Source: Balanoglossus misakiensis
Lineage: Eukaryota > Animalia > Hemichordata
Direction: 5' to 3'
DNA: 30,052 nt
Assembly (NCBI GenBank): GCA_040954595.2
Contig: JBECUI020000069.1
Location: 1-30,052 of the forward strand
Numbering within the stretch: position 1 is the first letter of the stretch; each line of letters opens with the position of its first letter. The translations under genes were made by a program, and so were the position numbers. Below, in pieces: positions 9,743 to 21,712 of this stretch. The notes under the pieces were generated by a model that saw only the letters and a list, made by a program, of their open reading frames with translations, was not told where the DNA came from and made no database searches.

Positions 9743-11665
9743 ATGTCCGATTCGTCCAGAAAACAGCATAGAGGCAGGTATTTTTTGTCCCGCTCGATCG
9801 GTGATTCGGGTGAATTGTCGGGTCATGCTCTTTTTGCCGGAGACTCGTCGCCGTCCGGCAAGTCGTTCCAGACTGTGATCATTGCGCCATATATAGCCTA
9901 TGGTCTGGCATTGGCCTGGTGGGCAGCGGCGGCCGCGTTTTTGCTGGGACGCTTTGGCCTTGAAGGCTTTTTAGGCATGTCGTTCGAGTTGAAAATAGCA
10001 GCTTTGGCGCTGGCCTCGATGCCGGGTATGGTCTTGCTGGTAGCCGGCTTCATGATCATGGAGGTGCGGCGCTCTCAGGAGGCCTCGGCAGCAATGGTGG
10101 AGGTGGCGAGGCAATTACTGGCTCCGGTGGAATCGGCCGGAGCCGAATTTGATGTCATTGCCAATATGGTCTCGACGCATACGCACAGGATCAGTGGCGA
10201 TATGGCTCGAGCCTGTCAGCAGGCCGATCTGGCGACCCGCAATATCGAATCGAGCATGAATGGTCTGGCCAGAATATCCGAGATCATAAGAACAAACGGA
10301 GCCGAACTGGTCGAGCAGCTAAATACCGAGAGCAATAATATCACCATGGCCGAGACAAAGCTCAGGTCTCACCTTGACGAATTGATTCAGTCTTTTTCGG
10401 ATCAGGCCAGGACCTTGACGATATCGGTACGCAATGCCGAGCAGGAAATAGGCCGGGCCGAGCAAATAGTCGAGAATCGAGCCGGATCGCTAGGCACCGC
10501 CGGAGCCGAACTGGCCAGCAAGATAACGCAAATCGACAAGATCGCTTCCGGCTCGGAGGAAAAAATCGAGGCTCTGACCAAATTGCTTTCCGGTCTCAAT
10601 GAGCGCAGCGAAGGCAATATGGAGCAGGTTGCAGATATTGTCTCTAATCTGGAATCGGTTCGTGAATTGTCCGGTTCGATGATAGCCGATATCGATTCGG
10701 CGCTGGGGCAGATGGATGAGCGCAGCAAGAAGCTGATAGCCAGCTTCGGACAGCAGATGGAATTGTCCGGAGCCAATGGCGCTGAAATCATGAAACAGAT
10801 CGACATATCCTGCGATCGGGCCGGAGCCAAAATAGAGGAAATCACCGCTTTGGCCGACAAGCAATTAGCGGTCACCGAGGAAAAAATGGCGAGTTTGGGA
10901 AATTCGGTATTTGAGACCGCAGTCGAGGCGACTCGTATTGCCGAATCCGGTCTGGAACGCGCCAGGGTGCGGATAGAAAGCGCCGCGCGGATGCTGGAAA
11001 ATCCGGATAGCGCTATCGGGTTTGGCGAGGAGCAAAAACATGATTATACCCCGCCGCCGCGTCTGGTTCTTCCCGAGACCGCCGCCAGCGCTGACAGCGA
11101 TGTCGGACAGACAAACGCCCCGCCGCCATCAGGAGGCAACGGGCCGCTATCGGGAGGCATAGCGTCCCGGGATCTGCCTCAGAGCAGCCTCGACAATGCC
11201 GGCAACACGCCAGTCGCTCCCAGGGAATCGGCTTTGCCCAGAGCTGGAGGCGGGGTGTCATGGCGGACATTGCTTGCAGACATAGATGATTCTCGCCCCG
11301 GCGACAGCCCGCCAGAAAATGCCAGCCAGACACTGATCAATGACTTGCAAGAAGCCGGAGTGCATTTGGGGCAAGCGGTTACGGCTCCGGATTTGCGCCG
11401 GATCGCCGCCGCCGCCCGCTATGGCGAGCAACAGCGTCGACAAGCAATTCGCAAGGCGGCTCCGGGACAATTGCGCTATGTCGAGGATATGTTTGCCCGT
11501 AGCCCGGAATTGCGACTGGCCGCGCAAGACTTTCTTGCTAGCGAGGCCGATGCTGCTCTCAAGACGCTCAATATGGCCGAGACAGCCAGGCAGGGTGCCG
11601 ATCCATATTTGTCGGCATATTTGCTGATCGACACAGCTCTGGCTACCCAGACCAAAGCCTCGTGA
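9743..11665 (+). CDS. tipN: TipN-like polar landmark protein
   Basis: Intact 640-aa ORF with two N-terminal TM helices, a long coiled-coil region and a Pro/Ser/Gly-rich linker. The C-terminal domain (SWRTLLA ... AIRKAAP ... AYLLIDTAL) resembles Caulobacterales TipN as recalled; no search was run. Confidence 0.6.
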   Translation: MSDSSRKQHRGRYFLSRSIGDSGELSGHALFAGDSSPSGKSFQTVIIAPYIAYGLALAWWAAAAAFLLGRFGLEGFLGMSFELKIAALALASMPGMVLLVAGFMIMEVRRSQEASAAMVEVARQLLAPVESAGAEFDVIANMVSTHTHRISGDMARACQQADLATRNIESSMNGLARISEIIRTNGAELVEQLNTESNNITMAETKLRSHLDELIQSFSDQARTLTISVRNAEQEIGRAEQIVENRAGSLGTAGAELASKITQIDKIASGSEEKIEALTKLLSGLNERSEGNMEQVADIVSNLESVRELSGSMIADIDSALGQMDERSKKLIASFGQQMELSGANGAEIMKQIDISCDRAGAKIEEITALADKQLAVTEEKMASLGNSVFETAVEATRIAESGLERARVRIESAARMLENPDSAIGFGEEQKHDYTPPPRLVLPETAASADSDVGQTNAPPPSGGNGPLSGGIASRDLPQSSLDNAGNTPVAPRESALPRAGGGVSWRTLLADIDDSRPGDSPPENASQTLINDLQEAGVHLGQAVTAPDLRRIAAAARYGEQQRRQAIRKAAPGQLRYVEDMFARSPELRLAAQDFLASEADAALKTLNMAETARQGADPYLSAYLLIDTALATQTKAS

Positions 11666-12501
11666 CTGGCAATGATGCGTTGTCTGCTCGCATTGGCATG
11701 GCGAGTCAGGCTGCTGCTATTGGTGCCGAGACGGCATTGTCGATGTTCCGCTCGACCGGGCTTAAGGTCCGGAACAAGGGAACTGCCATATATGATCCGG
11801 TGACCCGAGCCGATCTCGACGCCGAACAAATCATGCGGGAGCTGATCGCCTCCCGGTTCCCGCAAGACAGCATCCATGGCGAGGAACATGGCTATCGGCG
11901 CGGTCAGAATGAATGGCGATGGATTTTGGACCCTGTAGACGGCACCAAAAGCTTTGTCATTGGCGTCCCCTTATGGACTTGTCTGCTCGGGCTGATGCGC
12001 GGCGACATTCCGGTATTTGGCGCGATCATCCAGCCTTTTCTCGATGAGACCTATCAGGGCGATGGCAGCAAATCGGTATTGCGGAGCGGCTCCGGCGAGC
12101 ACAAATTGACGGTCTCAAAACGGACAAGCCTGTCCGAAGCGGTGATTTCCACCACCGATCAGGGATTGTTTAGCGCCGATGAAGCCGGAGCTTTTGAGCA
12201 TTTGCGTCGGCAATGCCGCTTTTTTCGCGGCGGACTTGACGCCTATGCCTATGCCAGACTGGCCTCGGGCGATATTGATTTGATCGTCGAGACCGGGCTT
12301 AAAACCCATGATGTGGCGGCGCTGATTCCGGTCGTCACCGGAGCTGGCGGCAGTATCACCAATTGGCGCGGAGAAGCTTTATCTCCTGGTTTTTGCGGAC
12401 AGGTCATCGCCGCCGCCGGGCCAGAATTGATCGAGCAGGCTGTTGCTATTCTTCAGCCTTTGGCCCGCACTCCGGACAGCGCGGATCACGAGCAAGACTA
12501 A
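11662..12501 (+). CDS. hisN: Inositol monophosphatase-family histidinol-phosphate phosphatase
   Basis: YDPVTRAD..AE, GEE, WILDPVDGTKSF and E.GLKTHDVAALIP. GTG start overlaps the upstream TGA (GTGA). Confidence 0.82.
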   Translation: MTGNDALSARIGMASQAAAIGAETALSMFRSTGLKVRNKGTAIYDPVTRADLDAEQIMRELIASRFPQDSIHGEEHGYRRGQNEWRWILDPVDGTKSFVIGVPLWTCLLGLMRGDIPVFGAIIQPFLDETYQGDGSKSVLRSGSGEHKLTVSKRTSLSEAVISTTDQGLFSADEAGAFEHLRRQCRFFRGGLDAYAYARLASGDIDLIVETGLKTHDVAALIPVVTGAGGSITNWRGEALSPGFCGQVIAAAGPELIEQAVAILQPLARTPDSADHEQD

Positions 12502-13204
12502 CCAGGCGCTCGGATCCGGACAAGGCGTCGATCAGCCAGATCCGGCCATAATGACTGGTTCCGGCTCCGGCTACCAGCTTGATCGCCTCCAGCGCCATGC
12601 GGGCCCCGACCAGACCGGTCAGAGCGCCAATAATGCCGGTTTGGGCGCAGATTTCCGGCTGTGGAGGCGGTTCGGGCACGAAACAGCGATAACAAGGCGT
12701 TGCTTCACTGGCCAAAGGACCGGCAAATACTCCCATTTGTCCGCTCCACCGCCCGACCGCGCCGGAGATAAGAGGCCGCTTCTTTGACACGCAAAAGCTA
12801 TTGACCGCAAACCTGGTTGCAAAATTGTCTGATCCGTCCAGCACCATATCGGCATTGGCAATCAGTCTGGCGGCATTGCCAGCATCGAGCCTCTCGGCTC
12901 TGGCGATGAGTCGGCAGTCCGGATTGAGTGCCAAAAGCCGCTTGATTGCTGCTTCGGTCTTGGCCTCGCCAATGGCTGCCGTATCAAACAGAATCTGTCG
13001 CTGGAGATTGGACAGCTCCACCACATCATCATCAATGAGGCGCAATCTGCCAATTCCCGCTGCCGCAAGATAAAGGCAGGCCGGAGCACCAAGACCACCA
13101 AGACCGATCACAGCTATTTCTGCCTGCTCCAGCCGAGCCTGACCGGCACCGCCGATCTCTGGCAGCATCAGGTGGCGGGCATAGCGTTGCCATTTGTCTT
13201 TCAT
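12446..13204 (-). CDS. moeB: HesA/MoeB/ThiF-family adenylyltransferase
   Basis: RYARHLMLPEIG, GLGGLG, DDDVVELSNLQRQ, DGSDNFATRF and two Zn-binding CxxC motifs (PCYRC, CPEC). MoeB versus ThiF cannot be resolved by eye. Confidence 0.85.
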   Translation of the reverse strand: MKDKWQRYARHLMLPEIGGAGQARLEQAEIAVIGLGGLGAPACLYLAAAGIGRLRLIDDDVVELSNLQRQILFDTAAIGEAKTEAAIKRLLALNPDCRLIARAERLDAGNAARLIANADMVLDGSDNFATRFAVNSFCVSKKRPLISGAVGRWSGQMGVFAGPLASEATPCYRCFVPEPPPQPEICAQTGIIGALTGLVGARMALEAIKLVAGAGTSHYGRIWLIDALSGSERLVSLARDPRCPECGPKAEE

Positions 13205-13337
13205 GCTATTGTTTATTCTCCTGCGCTCGATTCTATCCCGGGAGGGAAAATAAATCGACTCGGCAGCACTGCTCTGCCGAAATTGTCACTTTTATGGCCG
13301 AAATTTGATAAAAAGTCCGGCAAGAGCACAAGAACAC

Positions 13338-13366
13338 TTGACATTAAAGCCTTATTGCGGCAGACG
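13338..13366 (+). promoter_or_regulatory. Possible -35 element upstream of the TonB-dependent receptor
   Basis: TTGACA at 13338-13343 in the divergent intergenic region. No convincing -10 was found. Confidence 0.25.
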
Positions 13367-13455
13367 CCCAAAGAGCAAACCCATGTTGTCAGTATGGCAG
13401 TTTATGCCATGAGTGTGGTTTTGTTGGTTAGCAGTGAGCGCAAAGGAAACCTTAG

Positions 13456-16400
13456 ATGAAAAAACGAGCTTTCAATAAGCAACGGGGAACAAACCAGCAC
13501 ATCGGTAAAACCCAGTGCAGCAGATTATCATTATCCTGCATTGCCGCGCTCATGATAGGAGTAGCCCCGTCAGTAACCGCTCAGGAGCAACAAGACGAGG
13601 AGATGCGGCAGGAAGCCGTCATCATCACCGGCTCTTTGATCCCGCAATATGGCAATCTGGTAGATACCAGCCCGGTAAGCTCGGTAGGTGTTGATGATTT
13701 TGCAGTCAGAGGCGTGTTGCGGGTCGAGGATTTGCTCAATAACATGCCGCAAATTTTTGGCGCCCAGGGCAGCAGGCTGGCCAATGGTGCTACCGGTACC
13801 GCCACCGTCAATCTGCGCGGACTTGGTGCCAGTCGAACCCTAACCCTGCTGAACGGACGGCGCTTGCCTATGGGATCGGTTGATTCCCTTACTCCGGACG
13901 TAAACAATATTCCGCAAATTCTGCTCAAGCGCGTTGACATTCTAACCGGTGGCTCTTCGGCTACATATGGCTCTGATGCCTTGTCCGGCGTGGTTAATTT
14001 CGTGCTTGATGACAAGTTTGAAGGCGTAAAGGTTACTGCCAATTACTCCTTCAATCAGCATAATAATAATAATAGCTCAATCCAGACCTTGTTGCAGGAA
14101 TTTGCTGATGGAAACCCGTCACAATACAAGGTTCCCAGCGGCTCGGTCACCGATGGCCACGCTTTTGATTTCGCCGGTGCGTTTGGCGGCCAGTTTGATG
14201 GCGGCAAAGGTCATATAACTGGCTTCGTTTCCTATCAGGCCAATGAAGCAGTCATTCAGGATAGTCGTGATTTTTCACAATGCGCCTTGGGGACAAAAAA
14301 TGCCGGGCGCGGAATTCACTTGTAGCGGCTCCAGCACCAACCAGTTCGCCAATCTGTCGCTCTTGGTCGATCCGGAGAGAGATTATAACAGCTTTTTTTG
14401 ATCGCACTAACACCTATGAGGATACCCCAGAGAACAGAGCTGCCAATAAAATTGGCATCAAAAGAACCATCGACGCGCGCACCGATATTGAAAACAAACA
14501 GTTTGTAGTCAGAAACGACACTTTTCCTGATACGTTCAATTACAATCCGTATAATCACTTCACTCGTCCGAACCAGCGTTGGTCGGCTGGTACTTTTTCA
14601 AATTACTCCCTGATCGAGGAGACCATGGACCTGTATGGCCAGCTATGGTGGTAGATTCGAGAACGAATTCGCAAATCGCCTCCATCGGGGGTGTTTGGCG
14701 GTGGCGTAGGGCCTGACGGTGGCATAAATTGCGACAACCCGTTCCTGTCAGATGCGCAACGAGATTATATTTGTGGAAAGCCAGGCGAAACCTATACCTA
14801 TACGGCAGAAAAGCCAGTATTGGATGCAAATGATGAGCCGGTAAAGGATGCCGATGGTAATACGGTGACAGTAGGTGTGGAAAACACACAAACTGGATTG
14901 GCCGAAAACGCCATAGCACCGTTTTTTATCCTCCGGCGCAATGTCGAGGGAGGCAGTCGCAATCAGGATATACGCTTCACTACCATGCAAGGAGTGTTAG
15001 GCTGAAGGGAGTTATCCCGACAACCTCGCAGATCGAATATGATATTTCGGCTATTGTATGCCAGTGTGCACAGGGCCAGTGTGTATAATAATGATCTGTC
15101 CAAATCCCGCTATCGCAAGGCGCTTTATGCGGTCAAGGCCCCTGATGGTACTACTGTCTGTAATGTCAATGCCGATGACGACCCTACAATGATGATGCCG
15201 GTTGCGTACCCTATGACATTTTCGTCCGAACGGGCCATCCGCCGAATCGGTAGCCTATGTCAACTCGCCTCTGCACCGTGACGACAATCTCAATCAGACA
15301 GTGATTAATGGTCGTGTGTTTGGCTCATTGGAAGAGTTCGACATCAAGTCTCCGATGGCTCAGGACGCCCCGGCTTTTGCTGTTGGCTATGAGTTCCGCG
15401 TGATCATCTTGATACTAGACTGATGCCAATTTCCAGGCCGATGATGGTGCTGGACAGGGTGGGCCCAGTTTGCCTCTATCCGGCTCGACCCAGACCAATG
15501 ATGTCTTCCTTGAGCTTAATGTGCCGCTTGTGCAAGCCAACCCGTTTATAGAGCAATTGGGTATCGACTTTGCTTGGCGCTTGTCCAATACCGGGAAGCA
15601 GGGACAGCCACGCTTTCAAGGTCGGTTTTGATTATGCGCCGCTGGAGGATATTCGTTTTCGCTTCACCTATCAGCGGGCTGTCAGGGCACCAAATGTGTA
15701 CGAATTGTTTGCGGAGCAACAGATAGGTCTTTTCGATCTGCCTAAGGGGAACAATGACCTATATGATCCATGTGCAGGAGAAGCTCCGGCGCGCACATTA
15801 GAAGAATGTATCAGAACAGGTGTTACATCAGGAGAACAAGGAAATTATGGCACCATTGGTGATAATCCCGCCGGTCAGTTCAATTCTCAGACTGGTGGCA
15901 ACCCGGACCTGAAGCCAGAGACTGGTGACACTTTCACTATTGGCATGGTGTTGACCCCAACAATGCTTCCTGACTTTGCACTGTCCTTTGATTTCTTTGA
16001 TATCAGCGTAAATGATTATATCGATACGCTATCTGAAAATCTTATATTGACCAAATGCCTTGATACCGGCGATGCTTATTATTGTTCACTTATCAAGCGT
16101 GGCGATGGCGGGACTCTGTGGCTTGGTGATAGCGGGTATATCGAGGCTACTCAGAGGAACACTGGTGCTTTGCATACTCGTGGTTTCGATATTTCTGCCA
16201 GATATGATTATGATATCGGCGAATATGGCGGTATTGATTATGGCAGCCTGAGTTTCGGATATGTCAGCACTATATTATTGCTGTTGGAAACCAAGCCATT
16301 GCCAACTTCCGGAGCAGATGAAATCTATAATTGTGTCGGCTATTATGGAAGCTCTTGCGGTGTTCCAGTCCGGTCTATCGGCACAAAGCCGACCTGACCT

Positions 16401-16738
16401 GGAAATCGCCATGGGATGTTGATCTCAATATGTCATGGCGCTTCTATCAAAGCGTAGATATCGCTACTTCGTCCTCTCAGGTGGGCTTGTCTGGGAAAGA
16501 TGGGCCATCATATGCAGAGATCGAGAAGACTTTCCCGAACATGAATTATCTGGATATTACCGCTACTTACCATGTCAATGATGAGATTTCGCTCAAATTT
16601 GGTATCAATAATATCTCCGACGAGGCGCCTCCTATAAGTTCGTCGGTTGGTACTGCTCCGGGTAATGCTAATACTTATCCGCAGATATATGATGCTTTGG
16701 GTCGTTATATCTTCTTGTCTGCCAAGGCCAAATTCTAA
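13456..16738 (+). CDS. TonB-dependent receptor (frameshifted)
   Basis: AAAGGA RBS, signal peptide and TonB box EAVIITGS. Plug motifs VNLRGLGASRTLTLLNGRR and RVDILTGGSSATYGSDALSGVVNF. Later RAVRAPNVYELF, GGNPDLKPE and GINNISDEAPP, ending ...GRYIFLSAKAKF (terminal Phe). Confidence 0.93.
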
Positions 16739-16800
16739 GCGCAGACAGAGTCTGAACACAGACAGGTTTGGCCAACTGGCCGAGCCCTGACAAAATAAGC

Positions 16801-16848
16801 AAAAAGAGAGCACCACTCGACAGATTTCGGGGTGGTGCTCTTCTTATT
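16801..16848. terminator. Rho-independent terminator, possibly bidirectional
   Basis: Stem GAGCACCAC (16808-16816) pairs with GTGGTGCTC (16832-16840). There is an A-run before it and TTCTTATT after it, about 70 nt past the receptor stop. Confidence 0.7.
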
Positions 16849-16948
16849 CAGGCAGAGCTTGGCTCTGACCGGATAGCATCGATTTTTCTAGACATTTGCC
16901 AGCTTTTTGGCAAGGCTTAAGAGCATTAACCAACAAGATCAGAGCTTT

Positions 16949-19900
16949 ATGGACGTACAAGCCATTAGAGATGCGGTTCGTTCACGCCTCCATGCGGATG
17001 AGTCATCTTTGCTCATCGAGTTGCAAGAGCAGGCCCGGCTTGATGACAGGGCACGATCCAGGATCACGGATGCGGCGATTGCGCTGATAGGCTTGGTGCG
17101 GGCGGATGGTTCTGCGGGGCTTATGGAGACGTTTTTTGCCGAATATGGTTTGTCTACGCATGAGGGTGTAGCTTTGATGTGTCTGGCCGAGGCCTTGTTG
17201 CGAGTGCCTGATGCGGCGACCATTGATGAATTGATCGAGGACAAGATAGCTCCGCATGATTGGGGAGCGCATATCGGCGATTCTGGTTCATTATTGGTGA
17301 ATGCTTCTGTATGGGCGCTGATGCTGACCGGGCGGGTGCTGGATCAGGAGGCCGATACAGGCATTGTTGCCAGTTTGCATGGCATGTTGAGGCGTCTTGG
17401 CGAGCCGGTGATCCGGGTGGCTGTAGCCAGAGCCATGCAAGAAATGGGAGCACAATTCGTGCTTGTCAAAATATTGCTGAAGCGCTGGCCAGAGGGCGGG
17501 TCACGACAGATTGCTACTCCTATGACATGCTGGGAGAGGCGGCTATGACCAGGGAGGAGGCAAATAATTATCACTCTTCCTATCACGCGGCGATCAAGGC
17601 GATAGCCAAAGAGGTTCTTCTGGAGATATAAGGCAAAATCCGGGTATTTCGGTGAAATTATCGGCTTTGCACCCGCGCTATGAGTATGCGGCAAAAGCGA
17701 TATGTCTTGCCGGAGCTGGCCGATAGTCTTTTGCAATTATCTATTGCGGCTCGGGATAGGTGGTATTGGACTTAATATTGATGCGGAAGAAGCTGGTCGG
17801 CTTTGATTGTCGCTGGATGTGTTTGAGCGAGTATTGGCGCGAACCTTGTTTGTCTGGCTGGGATGGTTTTGGCTTTGTTTGCAAGCCTATAGTCGTCGTG
17901 CCGGATCGGTGATCGACTGGTTGGAGGCGCTATCTGGCACGTTGAAGCGTCGTATTATGGTTCGGCTGGTGAAGGGAGCTTATTGGGACAGCGAATCAAA
18001 CGGGCACAAATTGATGGTGTAGCGAGTTTTCCGGTTTTCACCCTGCAAGGCTCATACGGATGTGAGCTATCTGGCCTGTGCCCGAAATTGCTGGAATGCG
18101 ATCATATTTATCCGCAATTTGCTACTCATAATGCGCATAGTGCTGCTGCGGTGCTGGCGATGGCCGGAGCCGACAGGCAGAGCTTTGAGTTCCAGCGTTA
18201 TATGGAATGGGGGCAAGCTCTGCACAAGATATTGCGCGAGCGGGGAAGCTATTTGCTGTCGGGTTTATGCGCCTGTTGGAGCGCATGAGGATTTATTGGC
18301 TTATCTGGTGCGTCGTTTGCTGGAAAATGGAGCAAACAGCTCATTTGTGCATCAGCTAACCGACAGATCGGTATCGGCGGAGCATATTGCCAGAGATCCA
18401 TTTTTGTCTGTTTTGGGTGTTACAAATCCGGTGATTTGCTTGCCTTGTGATATTTATCGGCCTGAGCGGACAAATTCACAAGGATAGATCTGACGGATCC
18501 GGTAGCGCTTGGTCGTCTGGCGGAGATGCGTGCACCTTTTATGCCTCCGTGGAGCTGGCAGGAGGCGAGGGGCGAGGGTGGGGTTAAAATATATAATCCG
18601 GCTTTTCCACAAGAGCTTGTTGGTGTCATTGCTCATATAGCTGGCCGGGATGTGCCCGAAGCGGTAGGTCGAGCCGAAGCGGCTTTTGGCAAATGGGCCG
18701 GGACAAGCATTGGCAAAAGAGCAGAAATATTATGCCGGGCTGCCGATTTGTTCGAGCAACATACAGGAGAATTGCTTGCTTTGCTGATCCGCGAGGGCGG
18801 CAAGACGTTAGCGGACGCTATTGCTGAGTTACGCGAGGCTGTAGATTTTCTGCGTTATTATGCGGCTTGTTCTGCAAGATTAGAGTCTGGCACTGTGGCT
18901 CGAGGTGTAATTATTTGTATTTCGCCCTGGAATTTTCCTCTGGCGATTTTTACCGGTCAGATAGCGGCGGCTCTGGTTAGCGGCAATGTTGTGCTGGCAA
19001 GCCTGCCGAGCAAACGCCTTTGATCGCGGCTCGTGCGGTAGCTCTTTTGCACCGGGCGGGGATAGCGGAGGACATTTTACAGCTTGTGCCGGGCGCCGGC
19101 GAGACTATAGGAGCGGCTTTGGTTGCGGATCCGCATATTGCCGGGGTCTGTTTTACCGGCTCGACCGAGGTGGCCAGGCAGATCGACAGGCAATTAGCGA
19201 TAACGGCACCTGACGCCATATTGATTGCCGAAACAGGCGGAGTTAACGCGATGATCGTGGACAGCACGGCTTTGCCGGAGCAGGCGGTACGCGATATTCT
19301 GGCCAGTGCTTTTCAAAGTGCCGGTCAGCGTTGTTCAGCTTTGCGCATTTTGTATGTGCAAAAGGATATTGAGCAAAAATTGCTAAAAATGTTGCAAGGG
19401 GCGATGGATTGTCTGCGTTGTGGCGATCCGGCGGATTTGTCTACGGATATTGTCCGGTGATCGATGCGGAGTCAAAATCCATGCTTGAAGCATATATTGA
19501 TCAAGCCAAGACCGAAGGCCGATTGATCAAGCAGCTATCGGTGTCGGAGAATGGTTTGTTTGTTGGGCCGGCTCTGATCAAGGCGGCCGGTATTGAGCAG
19601 CGGGAGATATTTGGCCCGGTTTTGCATGTGGCCAGTTTTGCTGCCGATGAAATCGATCGGGTCATTGATGCGATCAATGATACTGGCTATGGCCTGACTT
19701 TTTGCCTGCATAGCCGTATTGATAACCGGGTACAGACGATCATTGATCGGGTTCGGGCGGGTAATATATATGTGAATCGCAATCAGATAGGTGCTGTTAT
19801 CGGCTCGCAGCCTTTTGGTGGCGAGGGCATGTCTGGCACTGGTCCCAAGGCGGGCGGGCCGAGCTATTTGTCTCGTTTTCGTAAACGGGCGGATGCGGAG

Positions 19901-20526
19901 TCTGTGCGGCTTGTGGATAGTATTCTTTCCGGCAGGGCCACCGATCGCGGTGATTTGCTGGCAAGATTGTCGGGCTTGCCTTTCGAGCTTTGGTCTGGCT
20001 TATCGAAAGCGGATCGTATAGCCATATTGGCGAGATTGGCTCCTGAGCAAAAAAGCTTTTTTGGATGAGGCGAGCCTGTTGCAGGATGAGGCTATGGATT
20101 TGCCTGGTCCCGGTGGGGGAATCCAATCGTTTGCGTCTTGTTCCGCGGGGAACCATATTGTGTACGGGCAGGAGCGCGGTCAATTTGTTGCGACCATTGA
20201 TGATTGCGCTTGCTACGGGCAATGCGGCGCTAGTGATTTGTCCTGATGCGGAGGCTGTCTTGCAGCATCTGGAGGCGGAGACGGTACCGCTTTTGGCCAT
20301 TAATGGCCAGTTATCGCGCTCTGATGTTCAGCTTTTGCCATTTGCGGCTCTGTGTGCGGAACAAGCCAGATGCCGAGCTACGCTTGGCACTCAGCCAGCG
20401 GCAGGGGGCAATCTTGCCATTGCTTGGGGCTTTGATGCGCCAGAGCGCTTCATGCATGAGCGCGCTGTTTGTATCGACACCACTGCGGCCGGAGGCAATA
20501 CACATTTGCTGGCTTTGGCCGGGTAG
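16949..20526 (+). CDS. putA: Bifunctional proline dehydrogenase / P5C dehydrogenase (frameshifted)
   Basis: EYGLST.EGVALMCLAEALLRVPD, RLVKGAYWD, YPQFATHNAHS, YLVRRLLENGANSSFV, ISPWNFPLAIF, ETGG.NAMIVDS, SAGQRCSALR, EIFGP, QPFGGEGMSGTGPKAGG and IDTTAAGGN. No N-terminal DNA-binding domain is visible. Confidence 0.95.
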
Positions 20527-20531
20527 CCTCG

Positions 20532-21700
20532 TCAGGCTTTAACAGTGGCGTTCATGTGCCAGCATAGCGACATGCCGGCTCCGGCCAGAGCGGCCGCCCA
20601 CCATGGAGCGCCATTGCCAAAGATCAGCATCGCCATAGCCATATTGGCTACCAGCCCGGGAGCATGGAGCAGAAAATTATACAGGCAGGAGCTAAAAATC
20701 TGCCAGCCCTTGCGTTGTTTGTCGCGATAATCGAGGATATTGCCGAGCCAGCAACTGACAGCAAAAGCGATCAGGGCACCGCCGAGATTGGCTGCGGCGA
20801 AGCCATATTGCGGATTTGCCAGCAAGAAGATTGCCGCTGTGCTTGCCATATGTACCACCATAGCCGTGCCACTGGTGACAAGATCAGGGATAAAGCGCGG
20901 TGATATGGCGAGGCCGGACAGGTGTCGTAGCAGCACTGTCAGGAAATCCATCGAAATTTTATTGTCCAGCTTGCTATTGCCATAGATGCGTTTGCCAAAG
21001 CCGAGCGGAATTTCCTTGATACTCATTTCGGCAGGAGCGGTCCCGATCAGATCGATCAGGATTTTGAAGCCTTCATTATATAATTGTGGAGCTGCTCTGG
21101 TGAATATTTCCCGGTGGATCATGAAATAGCCGCTCAAAGGGTCGCTGAGAGTCGTTCCCAGCACCCGATTGACCAGCTTATTGACCAGAAGGCTGATTCG
21201 GTTGCGCGTTGCCGACAAGCCTTCGGTGATGTTGCTGTTCAAAAACCGGCTGGCTATGACCAGATCACATTCGTTGCTTTTGAGTTGTTTTAGCATGACC
21301 GGCAGCAAGCTTGAATCATGTTGCAGATCGCCGTCCATCACCGCGATAAAGGCGAGGCCGAGGCCATTGCTCCTTCGATCACGGCTCCGGCCAGACCGCG
21401 CCGGCCAAGCCGTCTGATGCAGCTTATATTGTTTCGTTCCTCGGCCAGACGCCATGTTTCTTCGGCCGTCCCGTCCGGAGAATTATCGTCAACCACGATC
21501 AATTGCCAGCTATGACCGAGCAGAGAATCGCGTAATTGATCGGCTAATGCGACAATATTTTCTCGCTCATTGAAGGTGGGGATGATTATGGTCAGTTCGC
21601 ATGTCTGTGCATCTGGCTCGATCGATTCGACCGGCTCTATGCGTTCGACAAGCCTGTAGCCTGCCTGGATCAGATTATATTCGTGCACATATGACTCCAT
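20532..21700 (-). CDS. GT2 polyprenol-phosphate glycosyltransferase (DPM1-like) fused to a C-terminal GtrA-like membrane domain (one frameshift)
   Basis: IIIPTFNERENI, LIVVDDNSPDGT, RRGLAGAVIEG, VMDGDLQHD, LVIASRF, SDPLSGYF, GFKILID and R..G.SKLD, followed by about four hydrophobic helices. Confidence 0.85.
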
Positions 21701-21712
21701 TGCCGACGAGCA

